From Thermoanaerobaculia bacterium (lineage in GTDB: Bacteria > Acidobacteriota > Thermoanaerobaculia > Gp7-AA8): a stretch of 64,000 bases of DNA. How positions within the stretch are numbered: the first letter of the stretch is position 1; every line of letters begins with the position of its first letter. Positions 16,595-26,189 of the stretch are shown one piece after another. The stretch covers positions 163 through 64,162 of the forward strand of contig JBIOTX010000299.1 of NCBI GenBank assembly GCA_044866315.1, read 5' to 3'. The notes below the pieces were generated by a model. It was not told the DNA's origin and did not search any database. It saw nothing but the letters and a program-made list of their open reading frames with translations. A program made the position numbers and the translations under genes.

Positions 16595-19491
16595 GCACCC
16601 GCCATTTTCAACACTTCGGCGAGATGCAGCGTCTTCCGGCCCGTGGCCTGCTCGATCTGTTCGCGGCAACTGAAGCCGTCGGCGATGATCAGCGTGTCCG
16701 GCGACGCCTCGCGCACCAGCGGCAGCAGCACCCGCTCCCCGATCTTCATCGAGAGGTCGTAGTGCTTCCGTTCGAACCCGAACGCTCCGGCCATCCCGCA
16801 GCAGCCGGAGTCGGGATGTGTGAGGTCCAGGCCGATCTTCCGCAGCAGCGCCTCCTCGGCGTCGAACTTCAGGATGGACTTGTGATGGCAGTGCGACTGG
16901 ACCAGGGCCTTGCGGTGCAGCGCCGGCAGCGGGACGTCCTCGCGCATCAGGAACTCGCTGAGCGTGAACGTGGACGCGGCGAGGCGTTGCGCGCGCTCGT
17001 CGTCGGGGAAGAGGCCGGGCAGCTCGTCCCGGAAGACCGAGACGCAGCTCGGCTCGAGGCCGACGATCGGCACGGAGGCGTCGACGTGGTCGAGGATCTG
17101 GCGGAGCTGCTTCTTCGCCAGGTCGAGAAAGCCCCAGTCGTAGAGGGGGCGGCCGCAGCAGAGGCGCTGACTGGGGATGGTGACCTGATAGCCGGCGCGC
17201 TCGAGCACCTCGGCGGCGGCGAGCGCGGTCTCGGGGGTGAAGTGGTTGTTGAACGTGTCGGGCCAGAGGAGCACTCGGCGGGCTGAAGCCCGCCGCTCCA
17301 CGAATTGGTCGCGGAACGTCTTGCGTGCAAATCGCGGCATGCGTCGCTGGGAGGCCACGCCGGCGAAGGGTTTCATCATGGCCATGGCCAGATTCGCGAG
17401 CCGCGGCGCCTTCGAGGCCATTCCCGCCCACCAGTAGATCAGGCCCATCGCGTAGGCCGGCATGGGCCTGAGGCGCCGCGCGTAGTAGTGCGACAGGAAC
17501 TCGGCCTTGTAGGTGGCCATGTCCACGTGCGTGGGGCAGTCGCCTTTGCAGCCTTTGCAGGCCAGGCAGAGATCGAGCGACTCCTTGACCGCCTCGTTGC
17601 GCCAGGAGTCGGGCGTGACCTGGCCCTGGAACATCTCGAAGAGCAGGCGCGCCCGGCCGCGCGTGGAATGCTCCTCCTCGCGCGTGACTTGGTAGCTCGG
17701 ACACATCGTGCCGCCGTCCAGGCGGCGGCAGCGGCCGACGCCGACGCAGCGCAGCACGGCCCGGCTCATCTGCCCGTGGTCTTCCTGGAAGCCGAAGTGC
17801 GTCTTCGGGGACCAGGGATCGAAGCCGGCGCCGAGGCGGAGGTTCTCGTCGGGGTGGTAGGGCGTGACGACCTTGCCCGGGTTCATCTTCCACTCCGGGT
17901 CCCAGAGGGCCTTGAACTCCCGGAACGCGCCGATGAGCTCCGGGCCGAACATCTTCTCCAGCAGCACCGCGCGGGACTGGCCGTCGCCGTGCTCGCCGGA
18001 GAACGACCCGCCGTACGAGGCCACGAGGTCCGCGGCGTCGTCCAGGAACCTGCGGAACTTGGCGATCCCCTCGGCCGACTCCATATCGAAGTTCGTGCGC
18101 GTGTGCACGCAGCCGTCGCCGAAGTGGCCGTACAGATCGCCGCCGTAGTCGTACGACTCCAGCAGCCGGCGCAGGTCGCGCAGGTAGCTGCCGAGCTTCT
18201 CCGGCGCCACCGCCGCGTCCTCCCACCCCTCCCACATGATCGGCTTGCCGGGCACGTGCGCCGTCGCGCCGAGGCCCGACTCGCGGACACCCCAGATCAG
18301 GCGCGACTCGCGCGGGGTATCGACGAGGCGCGTCGGGTGATCGAGCTCCGCCTGGAGCCGCCGCGCCTTCGCGTTCGACTCCTCCACCGTCTCCCCTCCG
18401 AACTCCACCAGCAGCCAGCCGCTGCCCTCCGGCAGAAGCTTGATGCCGGCGGGATTGAGGCCGGTGTGGATCTGATCGCGCACTAGGAGGTCGTCGAATC
18501 CCTCCAGGCCGATCGGGCCGAAGCCGAGGATGCGCGGCACGTCGTCCGCGGCGTCGTAGACGGACGGATAGCCGATCACCAGCAGCGTCCGCGAGGGCGG
18601 GCTGTAGACCAGGCGCGCCTTCGCCTCCAGCACGAGCACGCACGTCGACTCCGAGCCCACCAGCGCCCGGGCGACGTGGAAGCCCTTCTCCGGCAGGAGG
18701 TCGTCGAGGTTGTAGCCGGAAACGCGGCGGGGGATCTTCGGGTAGCGCGCGCGGATGAGGTCCGCATATCGATCACGGATGGATCTCAGGCCGGCGTAGA
18801 TCTCGCCGCGCCGCCCGCCTTCGCGGATGATCGCCTCCAGCTCCTCCTCGCTCGTCGCGCCGACGCGCATGCGCAGGCCGTCGTAGGTGAGGACCTCCAG
18901 CTCCGCGATGTTGTCGACGGTCTTGCCGGACATGATCGAGTGCACGCCGCAGGAGTTGTTGCCGATCATGCCGCCGAGGGTGCACTGGGCGTGGGTGGCC
19001 GGATCGGGGCCGAAGGTGAGCGTGTGCACCTCGGCCGCGGCGCGGAGGTCGTCCAGGACGATCCCCGGCTCGATGCGCGCGAACTTCTCCGGCGCGTTCA
19101 TCTCCACGACGTGGTTCATGTACTTCGACATGTCCAGGACCACGGCCACGTTGCAGCACTGGCCGGCCAGGCTGGTGCCGCCGCCGCGGCCGAGGACGGG
19201 GGCGCCGAAGCGGCGCGCCAGCTCGACGGTGGTGACCACGTCGTGGGCGTCGCGCGGCAGGACCACGCCGATGGGGACCTGCCGGTAGTTCGAGGCGTCG
19301 GTGGCGTAGAGAGCGCGCGCGCCGTCGTCGAAGCGCACCTCGCCGCGGATGGCGTTTTTGAGCGCCGCCGCGAGCGCGGCGGCGTCGACGCTCAGCGACT
19401 GGATGCGGTCCCGATGCTCCAGGCGCGGCCGCACGGCGCGCTCCGCGTGCGGAAACGCGACCGGGTCGAACCGGCGGATCTCGTGGCTCAC
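16591..19491 (-). CDS. FAD-binding (GlcD-like) / Fe-S (GlcF-like, CCG domains) fusion oxidoreductase, YdiJ-like
   Basis: 966 aa with a GTG start. N-terminal FAD_binding_4 block (VVLPRD..V..V..LARRFGAPVLGRGGGTSLAGQ). Central CxxCxxCxxxCP (CLACKGCKGDCP). C-terminal Cys-rich CCG-type repeats (QRLCCGRP, SGCCGMAG). Confidence 0.85.
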   Translation of the reverse strand: MSHEIRRFDPVAFPHAERAVRPRLEHRDRIQSLSVDAAALAAALKNAIRGEVRFDDGARALYATDASNYRQVPIGVVLPRDAHDVVTTVELARRFGAPVLGRGGGTSLAGQCCNVAVVLDMSKYMNHVVEMNAPEKFARIEPGIVLDDLRAAAEVHTLTFGPDPATHAQCTLGGMIGNNSCGVHSIMSGKTVDNIAELEVLTYDGLRMRVGATSEEELEAIIREGGRRGEIYAGLRSIRDRYADLIRARYPKIPRRVSGYNLDDLLPEKGFHVARALVGSESTCVLVLEAKARLVYSPPSRTLLVIGYPSVYDAADDVPRILGFGPIGLEGFDDLLVRDQIHTGLNPAGIKLLPEGSGWLLVEFGGETVEESNAKARRLQAELDHPTRLVDTPRESRLIWGVRESGLGATAHVPGKPIMWEGWEDAAVAPEKLGSYLRDLRRLLESYDYGGDLYGHFGDGCVHTRTNFDMESAEGIAKFRRFLDDAADLVASYGGSFSGEHGDGQSRAVLLEKMFGPELIGAFREFKALWDPEWKMNPGKVVTPYHPDENLRLGAGFDPWSPKTHFGFQEDHGQMSRAVLRCVGVGRCRRLDGGTMCPSYQVTREEEHSTRGRARLLFEMFQGQVTPDSWRNEAVKESLDLCLACKGCKGDCPTHVDMATYKAEFLSHYYARRLRPMPAYAMGLIYWWAGMASKAPRLANLAMAMMKPFAGVASQRRMPRFARKTFRDQFVERRASARRVLLWPDTFNNHFTPETALAAAEVLERAGYQVTIPSQRLCCGRPLYDWGFLDLAKKQLRQILDHVDASVPIVGLEPSCVSVFRDELPGLFPDDERAQRLAASTFTLSEFLMREDVPLPALHRKALVQSHCHHKSILKFDAEEALLRKIGLDLTHPDSGCCGMAGAFGFERKHYDLSMKIGERVLLPLVREASPDTLIIADGFSCREQIEQATGRKTLHLAEVLKMAGA
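17276..17302. repeat. 27-nt palindromic repeat copy 1 (inside the YdiJ-like CDS)
   Basis: CGGCGGGCTGAAGCCCGCCGCTCCACG is identical to 28960..28986. It encodes ERRASARR in the minus-strand CDS. Confidence 0.8.
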
Positions 19492-19500
19492 GAGCGGAGT

Positions 19501-19920
19501 TTATTTCTTCCGGGCTGGCGCTTTGCGGGAAGAGGATTTTTTTGCGGAAGACTTCTTCGCCGACGAGGCCTTCTTGGCGGAAGACTTCTTCGCGCTCGAC
19601 TTTTTGGCGCTCGATTTCTTAGCGCTGGACTTCCGGGCGCTCGATTTCCGAGCCGTGGCACGGCTCACCAGCTTGCTGAACCGGCTCCCCTGCCCATCGG
19701 AGAGCAGCATCGCCAGACGGTTGCGGTCGAACCATTCGAACCACTCGTCCCACTCGATCTCCTCGAGCGTCTCCTCGCCGGAGTAGCCGGGGAAGTCGAT
19801 GCGGAGAATGCCCGGATCCTTGCGCGAGCCGGTCTCCCGAACGCGCGCGGGATGTCCGCCGCGCGCCTCCACCCACTGGCGAATCTCATCGTGGTCGGTC
19901 GTCGGTTGTGCTGTAGCCAT
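19501..19920 (-). CDS. Small protein with conserved N-terminal domain and histone-H1-like (KKSSA)n C-terminal tail
   Basis: ATG at 19920 (MATAQPTTDHDEIRQWVEARGGHPA...). The ORF extends to a TTG at 19941. The C-terminal 49 aa are RKSSA/KKSSA repeats. Confidence 0.7.
   Translation of the reverse strand: MATAQPTTDHDEIRQWVEARGGHPARVRETGSRKDPGILRIDFPGYSGEETLEEIEWDEWFEWFDRNRLAMLLSDGQGSRFSKLVSRATARKSSARKSSAKKSSAKKSSAKKSSAKKASSAKKSSAKKSSSRKAPARKK
19528..19650. repeat. 15-bp tandem repeat (about 8 units) encoding KKSSA
   Basis: The plus strand shows reiterated GCGCTCGACTTCTTn-type units. They translate on the minus strand to RKSSARKSSAKKSSAKKSSAKKSSAKKASSAKKSSAKKSSS. Confidence 0.85.
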
Positions 19921-19950
19921 AATCGATTTTGCTGTGCACAATCCGAACCT

Positions 19951-21330
19951 ATGCGCAACGGATTTCTCGCCCGCGCGGGGATGCGTCTGGCCGACGCCTG
20001 CGAGCGCTGGTTCCCCGATGCCTTCGTCTTCGCCCTCGCCGCAATCCTCGTGACGTTCGTCGGCGGCCTCGCCGTCGGCGTCCCGGCGGCGAAGCTGGTC
20101 ACGGAGTTCGGCGGCGGCTTCTGGTCGCTGGTGAACTTCACCATGCAGATGGCCATGATCATCATCGGCGGCTTCGTCGTGGCCAGCTCCCCGCCGGTGG
20201 CGCGGCTCACCACCCGCCTCGCCGCGATTCCGCAGACCGCGCGCGGCGCCGTCGCCTTCGTGGCCCTCTTCGCCATGCTCTCGGCGCTGATCTCCTGGGG
20301 CATGTCGCTGATCTTCACCGGCCTGCTGGTCCGCGAGGTCGTGCGTCGGGTCGAGCGTGTGGACTACCGCGCCATCGGCGCCGCCGCCTACCTCGGCCTA
20401 GGGACGGTCTGGGCTCTCGGCCTCTCGTCCTCGCCCGCATTGCTGCAGGCCACGAAATCCGCGATTCCTCCCGCCCTCCTTCCCATCACCGGCGTCATCC
20501 CCCTCAGCCAGACCATCTTCCTCTGGCAGAGCCTCACCATGGCGGCGATCCTCATCCTCACCGCCACACTGGTCGCGTACTACTCCGCGCCGCGCGAGAA
20601 CGAGGCAAAGACATTCCGCGACATCGGCATCACCTTCGAGCCGTTCCGCGCCCTTCGCTTCCAGCCGACGACGCCGGCGGAGAAAGTGGAGAACAGCCCG
20701 ATCCTGGTGATCGTCATCGCCGCGCTGATGCTCTGGTACCTGGCCACGCAGTTCCTTTCGCGCGGCGCCATCGCCGCGGTCGATCTCAACAACTTCAACT
20801 TCGCCTTCCTCACCCTCGGCCTGGTCCTGCACTGGCGCCCGCGCTCGTTCCTCCGCGCCGTGGCCAACTCCATCCCGGCCACCGCCGGTGTCCTGATCCA
20901 GTTCCCGTTCTACGGCGGCATCTTCGGGATGATCTCCAAAACGCCCCTGAACGAGTACCTCGCCAACCTCTTCGTCGAAGCCACCACGAAGAACACCTTC
21001 CCCATCGTGGTCACGCTCTACTCCGCCGTCCTCGACATCTTCGTCCCCTCGGGCGGCGGGAAGTGGGTCATCGAGGCGCCGTACGTCATGGCCGCCGCGA
21101 ACCAGTGGCAGGTGCACCTCGGCTGGACCGTGCAGATCTACAACGTGGCCGAGACCATCCCGAACCTGATCAACCCGTTCTGGATGCTGCCGCTCATGGG
21201 CATCCTGAACGTCCGGGCGCGCGATCTGGCGGGGTACTCGATCCTGCAGCTGCTGTTTCTGGCGCCGCTGGTGGTGCTGATGGGTTGGCTGTTCGCGCAG
21301 ACTCTGCCGTATTTGCCGCCGGCCCATTAG
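19951..21330 (+). CDS. atoE: Short-chain fatty acid transporter (AtoE family)
   Basis: ATG at 19951 (MRNGFLARAGMRLADACERWFPDAFVFAL...). About 12 TM segments. N-terminal motif and length match AtoE/TIGR00366 as I recall them. The upstream part of ORF 18676..21330 is antisense to the YdiJ-like gene. Confidence 0.75.
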   Translation: MRNGFLARAGMRLADACERWFPDAFVFALAAILVTFVGGLAVGVPAAKLVTEFGGGFWSLVNFTMQMAMIIIGGFVVASSPPVARLTTRLAAIPQTARGAVAFVALFAMLSALISWGMSLIFTGLLVREVVRRVERVDYRAIGAAAYLGLGTVWALGLSSSPALLQATKSAIPPALLPITGVIPLSQTIFLWQSLTMAAILILTATLVAYYSAPRENEAKTFRDIGITFEPFRALRFQPTTPAEKVENSPILVIVIAALMLWYLATQFLSRGAIAAVDLNNFNFAFLTLGLVLHWRPRSFLRAVANSIPATAGVLIQFPFYGGIFGMISKTPLNEYLANLFVEATTKNTFPIVVTLYSAVLDIFVPSGGGKWVIEAPYVMAAANQWQVHLGWTVQIYNVAETIPNLINPFWMLPLMGILNVRARDLAGYSILQLLFLAPLVVLMGWLFAQTLPYLPPAH

Positions 21331-21332
21331 TT

Positions 21333-21391
21333 GGGACACGGGGGCACGAGGGGCACGGGGGCACGTGACCCCCCCGTGCCCTCGTGCCCCC
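21333..21391 (+). terminator. Long GC hairpin (~21-bp stem) downstream of atoE; its 5' arm is also a G-quadruplex-type motif
   Basis: GGGGGCACGAGGGGCACGGGGG-CACGTGA-CCCCCCCGTGCCCTCGTGCCCCC. G-runs at 21333-35, 21340-44, 21350-53 and 21357-61, with loops of 3-5 nt. Confidence 0.55.
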
Positions 21392-21456
21392 GAGCCCGTC
21401 ATCCCAGTGAAACCTAACGGTTTCTCGTTCGTAACGTATAAGTAGACGAAGAAACT

Positions 21457-22308
21457 ATGAGGACCTTCGTACTCGCGGTGGTCGTTGCGGCGATGCTCGT
21501 CATCCCGGCCGAGGCGCGGCTCCAGCGCCAGATCATCGGATCCGAGCAGGATCACTCTCTGTCCGAGACCACCGACTGCGATCACTTCTACAAGACCACC
21601 TTCACCTCCTTCAAGGCCCAGCTGCACGAGCAGGAGCAGCGTGAGATCCCGCTGGACGGGGTCGACCTCCTGAAGGTGAACGCCAGCCAGGAAGGCGGCG
21701 TCTCGATCCGGGGCTGGAACAAGCCGCACGCGCGCCTGATCGTCTGCCGCTATGCCGTGGCCGGATCGAAGACCCAGGCCCGGCGCGTCCTCGACGCGAT
21801 CACGGTCTCGCACGCCAACGGCGAGATCACCGCCCACGGGCCGGCCATCGACGCCACCCAGGCGTGGTGGGTGAACATGATCCTCTACGTGCCGAAGCGC
21901 GCGACCATGGACGTGCGCGCGGCCAACGGCGGCGTGGCCATCCGGGACATGGACGGACGGGTGAGCGCGCAGGCCACGAGCGGCGGCATCTCCGTGGCCC
22001 AGTCGACCGGCAACTACAAGATCGCCACCGAGTCCGGCGGCATCACCCTGGACCGCATCTCCGGCCGCGTCGAGGCCGAGTCGCGCGAGGGGGCGATCGC
22101 GTTCAAGGTCGCGCCCGCCGATACCACGCCTGCCATCGAGGCCCGCACGGCCGACGAGGGACAGATCCTCTGCCGGCTCAGCGGCTGCCAGGGCGGGGCC
22201 TTGGGCATCTGGGCAGCCGACCGCAAGACCCTCCGCATCGGCTCGGGCACGCCCGACGTCCGACTGACCACCGCGGGCGCGCCGATCATCATCGATCGGC
22301 TGCGCTAA
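21457..22308 (+). CDS. Secreted DUF4097-like (putative adhesin / beta-helix) protein
   Basis: Signal peptide MRTFVLAVVVAAMLVIPAEA. Repeated SGGISV / SGGITLDRISGRVEAES / GAIAF strands resemble DUF4097 repeats. Confidence 0.55.
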   Translation: MRTFVLAVVVAAMLVIPAEARLQRQIIGSEQDHSLSETTDCDHFYKTTFTSFKAQLHEQEQREIPLDGVDLLKVNASQEGGVSIRGWNKPHARLIVCRYAVAGSKTQARRVLDAITVSHANGEITAHGPAIDATQAWWVNMILYVPKRATMDVRAANGGVAIRDMDGRVSAQATSGGISVAQSTGNYKIATESGGITLDRISGRVEAESREGAIAFKVAPADTTPAIEARTADEGQILCRLSGCQGGALGIWAADRKTLRIGSGTPDVRLTTAGAPIIIDRLR

Positions 22309-22371
22309 GTCGCGCCGAATCAATCACTTCAACAGCAGAACCCGCGGCATGGAACCTGCACTTTGGCAGGC

Positions 22372-23178
22372 ATGGCTGCAATCGAAAAAACAGTCCTCAG
22401 CGAGCAGAGCATCCGCTTCTACCGGCATGCGCTGTCCATCTTCAAGGACGCCGGGGTCCGGCATCTCGTCGGCGGCGCCTACGCCTTCGCCCGCTACACC
22501 GGCATCGAGCGTCACACCAAAGACTTCGACGTCTTCATCTGCCGCGACGACTTCCAGCGCGCGGCCTGGGCCTTCAAGAAGGCCGGCTACAAGACCGAGC
22601 TGACGTTCCCCCACTGGCTGGGCAAGGCCTACAAGGGCGACGATTTCGTCGATCTGATCTTCAGCGCCGGCAACGGCGTGGCGGAAGTGGACGAGCGCTG
22701 GTTCGAGCACGCCGTGAAGGAGAAGGTGTTCGGCGTGGACGTCGAGCTCATTCCCGCCGAGGAGATGATCTGGTCGAAGGGCCTGATCATGGAGCGGGAG
22801 CGCTTCGACGGCGCGGACGTCGCGCACGTCATCCGCGCGGTCGGCGATCAGCTCGACTGGCGCCGGGTCCTCGAACGCTTCGGCCCGTTCTGGCGTGCAC
22901 TCTACGCCCACATCGTGCTGTTCGGCTTCATCTATCCCTCCGACCGCTCGAAGGTGCCCGAGTGGGTGATGGACGAGCTCGCGGAACGGCTGCGCGCCGA
23001 GACCCGCGCCGGCGATGCCGAGGAGAAGATCTGCTACGGCACGATCATCTCCCGCCAGCAGTATCTGAAGGACATCGGCGAGTGGGGCTACAAAGACGCA
23101 CGCCTCGTGCATGAGACGATGAACGAAGAGGAGATCGCGCACTGGACGGCCGGAATCGAGGTCGACGGCGCGAAGTAG
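22372..23178 (+). CDS. Pol-beta-superfamily nucleotidyltransferase-like protein
   Basis: ATG at 22372; the ORF begins at a TTG at 22363. LVGGAYAFARYTGIERHTKDFDVFI fits the GG-x(n)-D-x-D minimal nucleotidyltransferase signature. Confidence 0.6.
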   Translation: MAAIEKTVLSEQSIRFYRHALSIFKDAGVRHLVGGAYAFARYTGIERHTKDFDVFICRDDFQRAAWAFKKAGYKTELTFPHWLGKAYKGDDFVDLIFSAGNGVAEVDERWFEHAVKEKVFGVDVELIPAEEMIWSKGLIMERERFDGADVAHVIRAVGDQLDWRRVLERFGPFWRALYAHIVLFGFIYPSDRSKVPEWVMDELAERLRAETRAGDAEEKICYGTIISRQQYLKDIGEWGYKDARLVHETMNEEEIAHWTAGIEVDGAK

Positions 23179-23937
23179 ATGATGACCGAACGCGAGACGC
23201 TGCGCATCGCGGCGATGGCGGACATTCACGTGAAGAAGTCGTCGGCAGGGGCGTTCCAGCCGATCTTCGCCCAGGCCAACGAGCGGGCGGACGTGCTCCT
23301 CCTGTGCGGCGATCTGACCGACTACGGGTCCATCGAGGAAGGGAAGATCCTGGCCAGGGAGATCACGTCCGCGCTGCGCATCCCCTGCATCGCCGTCCTC
23401 GGCAATCACGACTACGAGACCGGACACCAGCAGGAGCTCGTCGGCATCCTCGGCGATGCGGGCGTGGTCGTGCTCGACGGCGACTCGCACGAGATCGCCG
23501 GCGTCGGCTTCGCCGGCGTGAAGGGCTTCGCCGGCGGCTTCGGCCGCCGCGCCCTCGGCGCGTGGGGCGAGCCGATCACCAAGCAGTTCGTGCACGAGAC
23601 GATCAACGAGGCCCTGAAGCTCGAGGCGGCGCTGGCGCGCCTGCGCACGCCGCAGAAGATCGGCGTGCTGCACTACTCGCCGATCCAGGCCACGGTCAAC
23701 GGCGAGCCTCCGGAGATCGTCGCCTTCCTCGGCTCGAGCCGGCTCGAGGAGCCGCTCGACCGCTACCGCGTGAACGCCGTCTTCCACGGCCACGCCCACC
23801 GCGGCGCGCCGGAGGGGCGGACCAAGGGGAACGCGCCCGTGTACAACGTGGCCATGCCCGTGCTGGCGATGGCATTTCCGGAGCAGCCGCCGTTCCGCGT
23901 GGTCGAGGTCCCGGTCCGCGCGGAAGCGGTTGCGTGA
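23179..23937 (+). CDS. Metallophosphoesterase (calcineurin-like)
   Basis: Motifs AMADIH, CGDLTDYG, LGNHDYE, GHAHRG. The start directly abuts the previous stop. Confidence 0.85.
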   Translation: MMTERETLRIAAMADIHVKKSSAGAFQPIFAQANERADVLLLCGDLTDYGSIEEGKILAREITSALRIPCIAVLGNHDYETGHQQELVGILGDAGVVVLDGDSHEIAGVGFAGVKGFAGGFGRRALGAWGEPITKQFVHETINEALKLEAALARLRTPQKIGVLHYSPIQATVNGEPPEIVAFLGSSRLEEPLDRYRVNAVFHGHAHRGAPEGRTKGNAPVYNVAMPVLAMAFPEQPPFRVVEVPVRAEAVA

Positions 23938-23958
23938 AGAAGCAATAGAATCCCATCG

Positions 23959-25178
23959 ATGCGCCACAACGCCTGGCCCGGCGGCATCACGCGCGAAGAT
24001 ATTCTCGACTGGTACCGCTCCACGCGCGCCCGCACGAAGGCGCTCTTCGCGCTGATCACCCCGGACGCCTACTACGACCGCCCGATCGCGCTGCGCAATC
24101 CGATCGTGTTCTACGAGGGCCACATCCCCGCCTTCGCGGTGAACACGCTGGTGAAGCTCGCCCTGGGGCGGAAAGGGATCGACGAGCGGCTGGAGGACCT
24201 CTTCGCGCGGGGGATCGATCCGGAGGACACGTCTGCGGTGCGCGACTTCGTGTGGCCGACGCGCGAGTGCGTGCAAAAGTACGCCGAGGCCGCGGATGCG
24301 TTGGTGCTGGAGACGCTGGCGACCGCCGTTTTGGAGGACGATGACGTGCCGTACCTTCGTGGGGGTGAGGCGGTGTTCACGGTCCTCGAGCACGAGCTGA
24401 TGCATCAGGAGACGCTGATGTACATGGTTCATCAGCTGCCTTACGAGAAGAAGAGAGGCCCCTCACCCGGCCCTTCGCTGCGCTCAGGGCCACCCTCTCC
24501 CCGCGCGGCGGGGAGAGGGGGAATGGTGAGTGTGCCTGCCGGCGTCGCGACCCTCGGCAATCAGGATGGCTTCGGCTGGGACAACGAGTTTCCCGCCCAC
24601 ACCGTGCACGTCGAGGCCTTCGAGGTCGGCACGCACAACGTCACCAACGGCGAGTACCTCGAGTACGTCGAGGCGACGGGCGCGAGGACGCCGCACTTCT
24701 GGGTCGGGAAGACGCACTACCGGGGGATGTTCGCGCTCGTCCCGCTGCCGTTGGACGCGCCGGTATACGTCACCCACGACGAGGCGGCCGCGTACGCGCG
24801 GTGGAAGGGCATGCGCCTCATGACGGAGGCGGAGTATCACCGCGCCGCGGCCGGTATCCCCGACGCGCCGGAAGGCAACTACGACTTCGCGTCGTTCGAT
24901 CCCGTCCCGGTCGGCTCGTATCCTGCCGGCGCGAGCGCGTGGGGCGTGCACGACCTCATCGGCAACGGCTGGGAGTGGACGTCCTCGATCTTCGACGGCT
25001 TCGACGGATTCCGGCCCATGCCGTCGTACGCCGCCTACTCCGCCGACTTTTTCGACAACGCGCACTACGTGATGAAGGGCGCCTCGCCGGTGACGCCGCG
25101 CGAGCTCGTCCGCAGGAGCTTCCGCAACTGGTTCCGGCCCAACTATCCATATGTGTATGCGACGTTCCGGTGCGCTCG

Positions 25179-25182
<4 letters not shown>
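23959..25182 (+). CDS. EgtB/SUMF1-family non-heme iron enzyme (DinB_2 plus FGE-sulfatase domains), sulfoxide-synthase-like
   Basis: The N-terminal DinB-like helix bundle has EHELMHQET. The C-terminal FGE-type domain has GNGWEWTSS and RSFRNWF. Confidence 0.75.
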
Positions 25183-25829
<647 letters not shown>

Positions 25830-25832
25830 CGG

Positions 25833-26096
25833 TTTTTTTTGCATCCGCGTTGGTTTTTCCAGCATCCGTTTTGGTTTTTTTTAGCCCCTCGTTGATTTGA
25901 AATCATCCGCGTTGCTGAAAAAAGCATCCGGTCGGCAAATTTTTGCCGCGCGCCGGCTTCAAAAGCGAGAATTCGGCTCCGCGCAGCAACAATCCCGCTG
26001 AAAAATCATCCGGTCTCGCTGAAAAACCAACGGGCCTGGTTTTTTTAGCAACATTGTCGATTTGGAATCATCGCGGCGGCTACTTTTTGTAGAAAA
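25833..26096. repeat. AT-rich intergenic array of phased CATCC(G) / GCTGAAAAA motifs and A/T-tracts
   Basis: CATCC at 25842, 25863, 25904, 25925 and 26007; CATCG at 26069. Spacings are 21, 41, 21, 82 and 62 bp. T8, T5, T10, A6, A5 and T7 tracts are interleaved. A palindrome CGGCAAATTTTTGCCG lies at 25933-48. Confidence 0.7.
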
Positions 26097-26100
26097 GTGC

Positions 26101-26129
26101 TTGACTCAGGGTCTGCAGGGGTGCAGATT
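26101..26129 (+). promoter_or_regulatory. Candidate sigma-70-type promoter for the ABC transporter operon
   Basis: TTGACT (26101-06), 17-nt spacer, CAGATT (26124-29), about 60 nt upstream of the ATG at 26190. The -10 element is weak. Confidence 0.3.
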
Positions 26130-26189
26130 GCGACCATGGGCCAAGGCCCCCTCGCAACCTTTTCTTCCCCGAAGACGTATCTTGGTCGC

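Noticed and set aside
16169-18643. An 824-aa minus-strand ORF
   Set aside because: Only the last 141 aa (DUF2231-like, from the ATG at 16594) look real. The remainder is an alternative frame of the YdiJ-like gene with Arg/Pro/Gly-rich composition.
19528-19650. The repeat array as CRISPR; also considered for 25833..26096
   Set aside because: The 15-bp units are contiguous with no spacers and are translated in frame as KKSSA. The CATCC array has short degenerate motifs with irregular gaps. There are no cas genes.
25830-26189. The AT-rich repeat region as a replication origin
   Set aside because: I could find no DnaA-box-like TTATCCACA/TGTGGATAA sequences, and there are no dnaA, dnaN or parAB neighbours.
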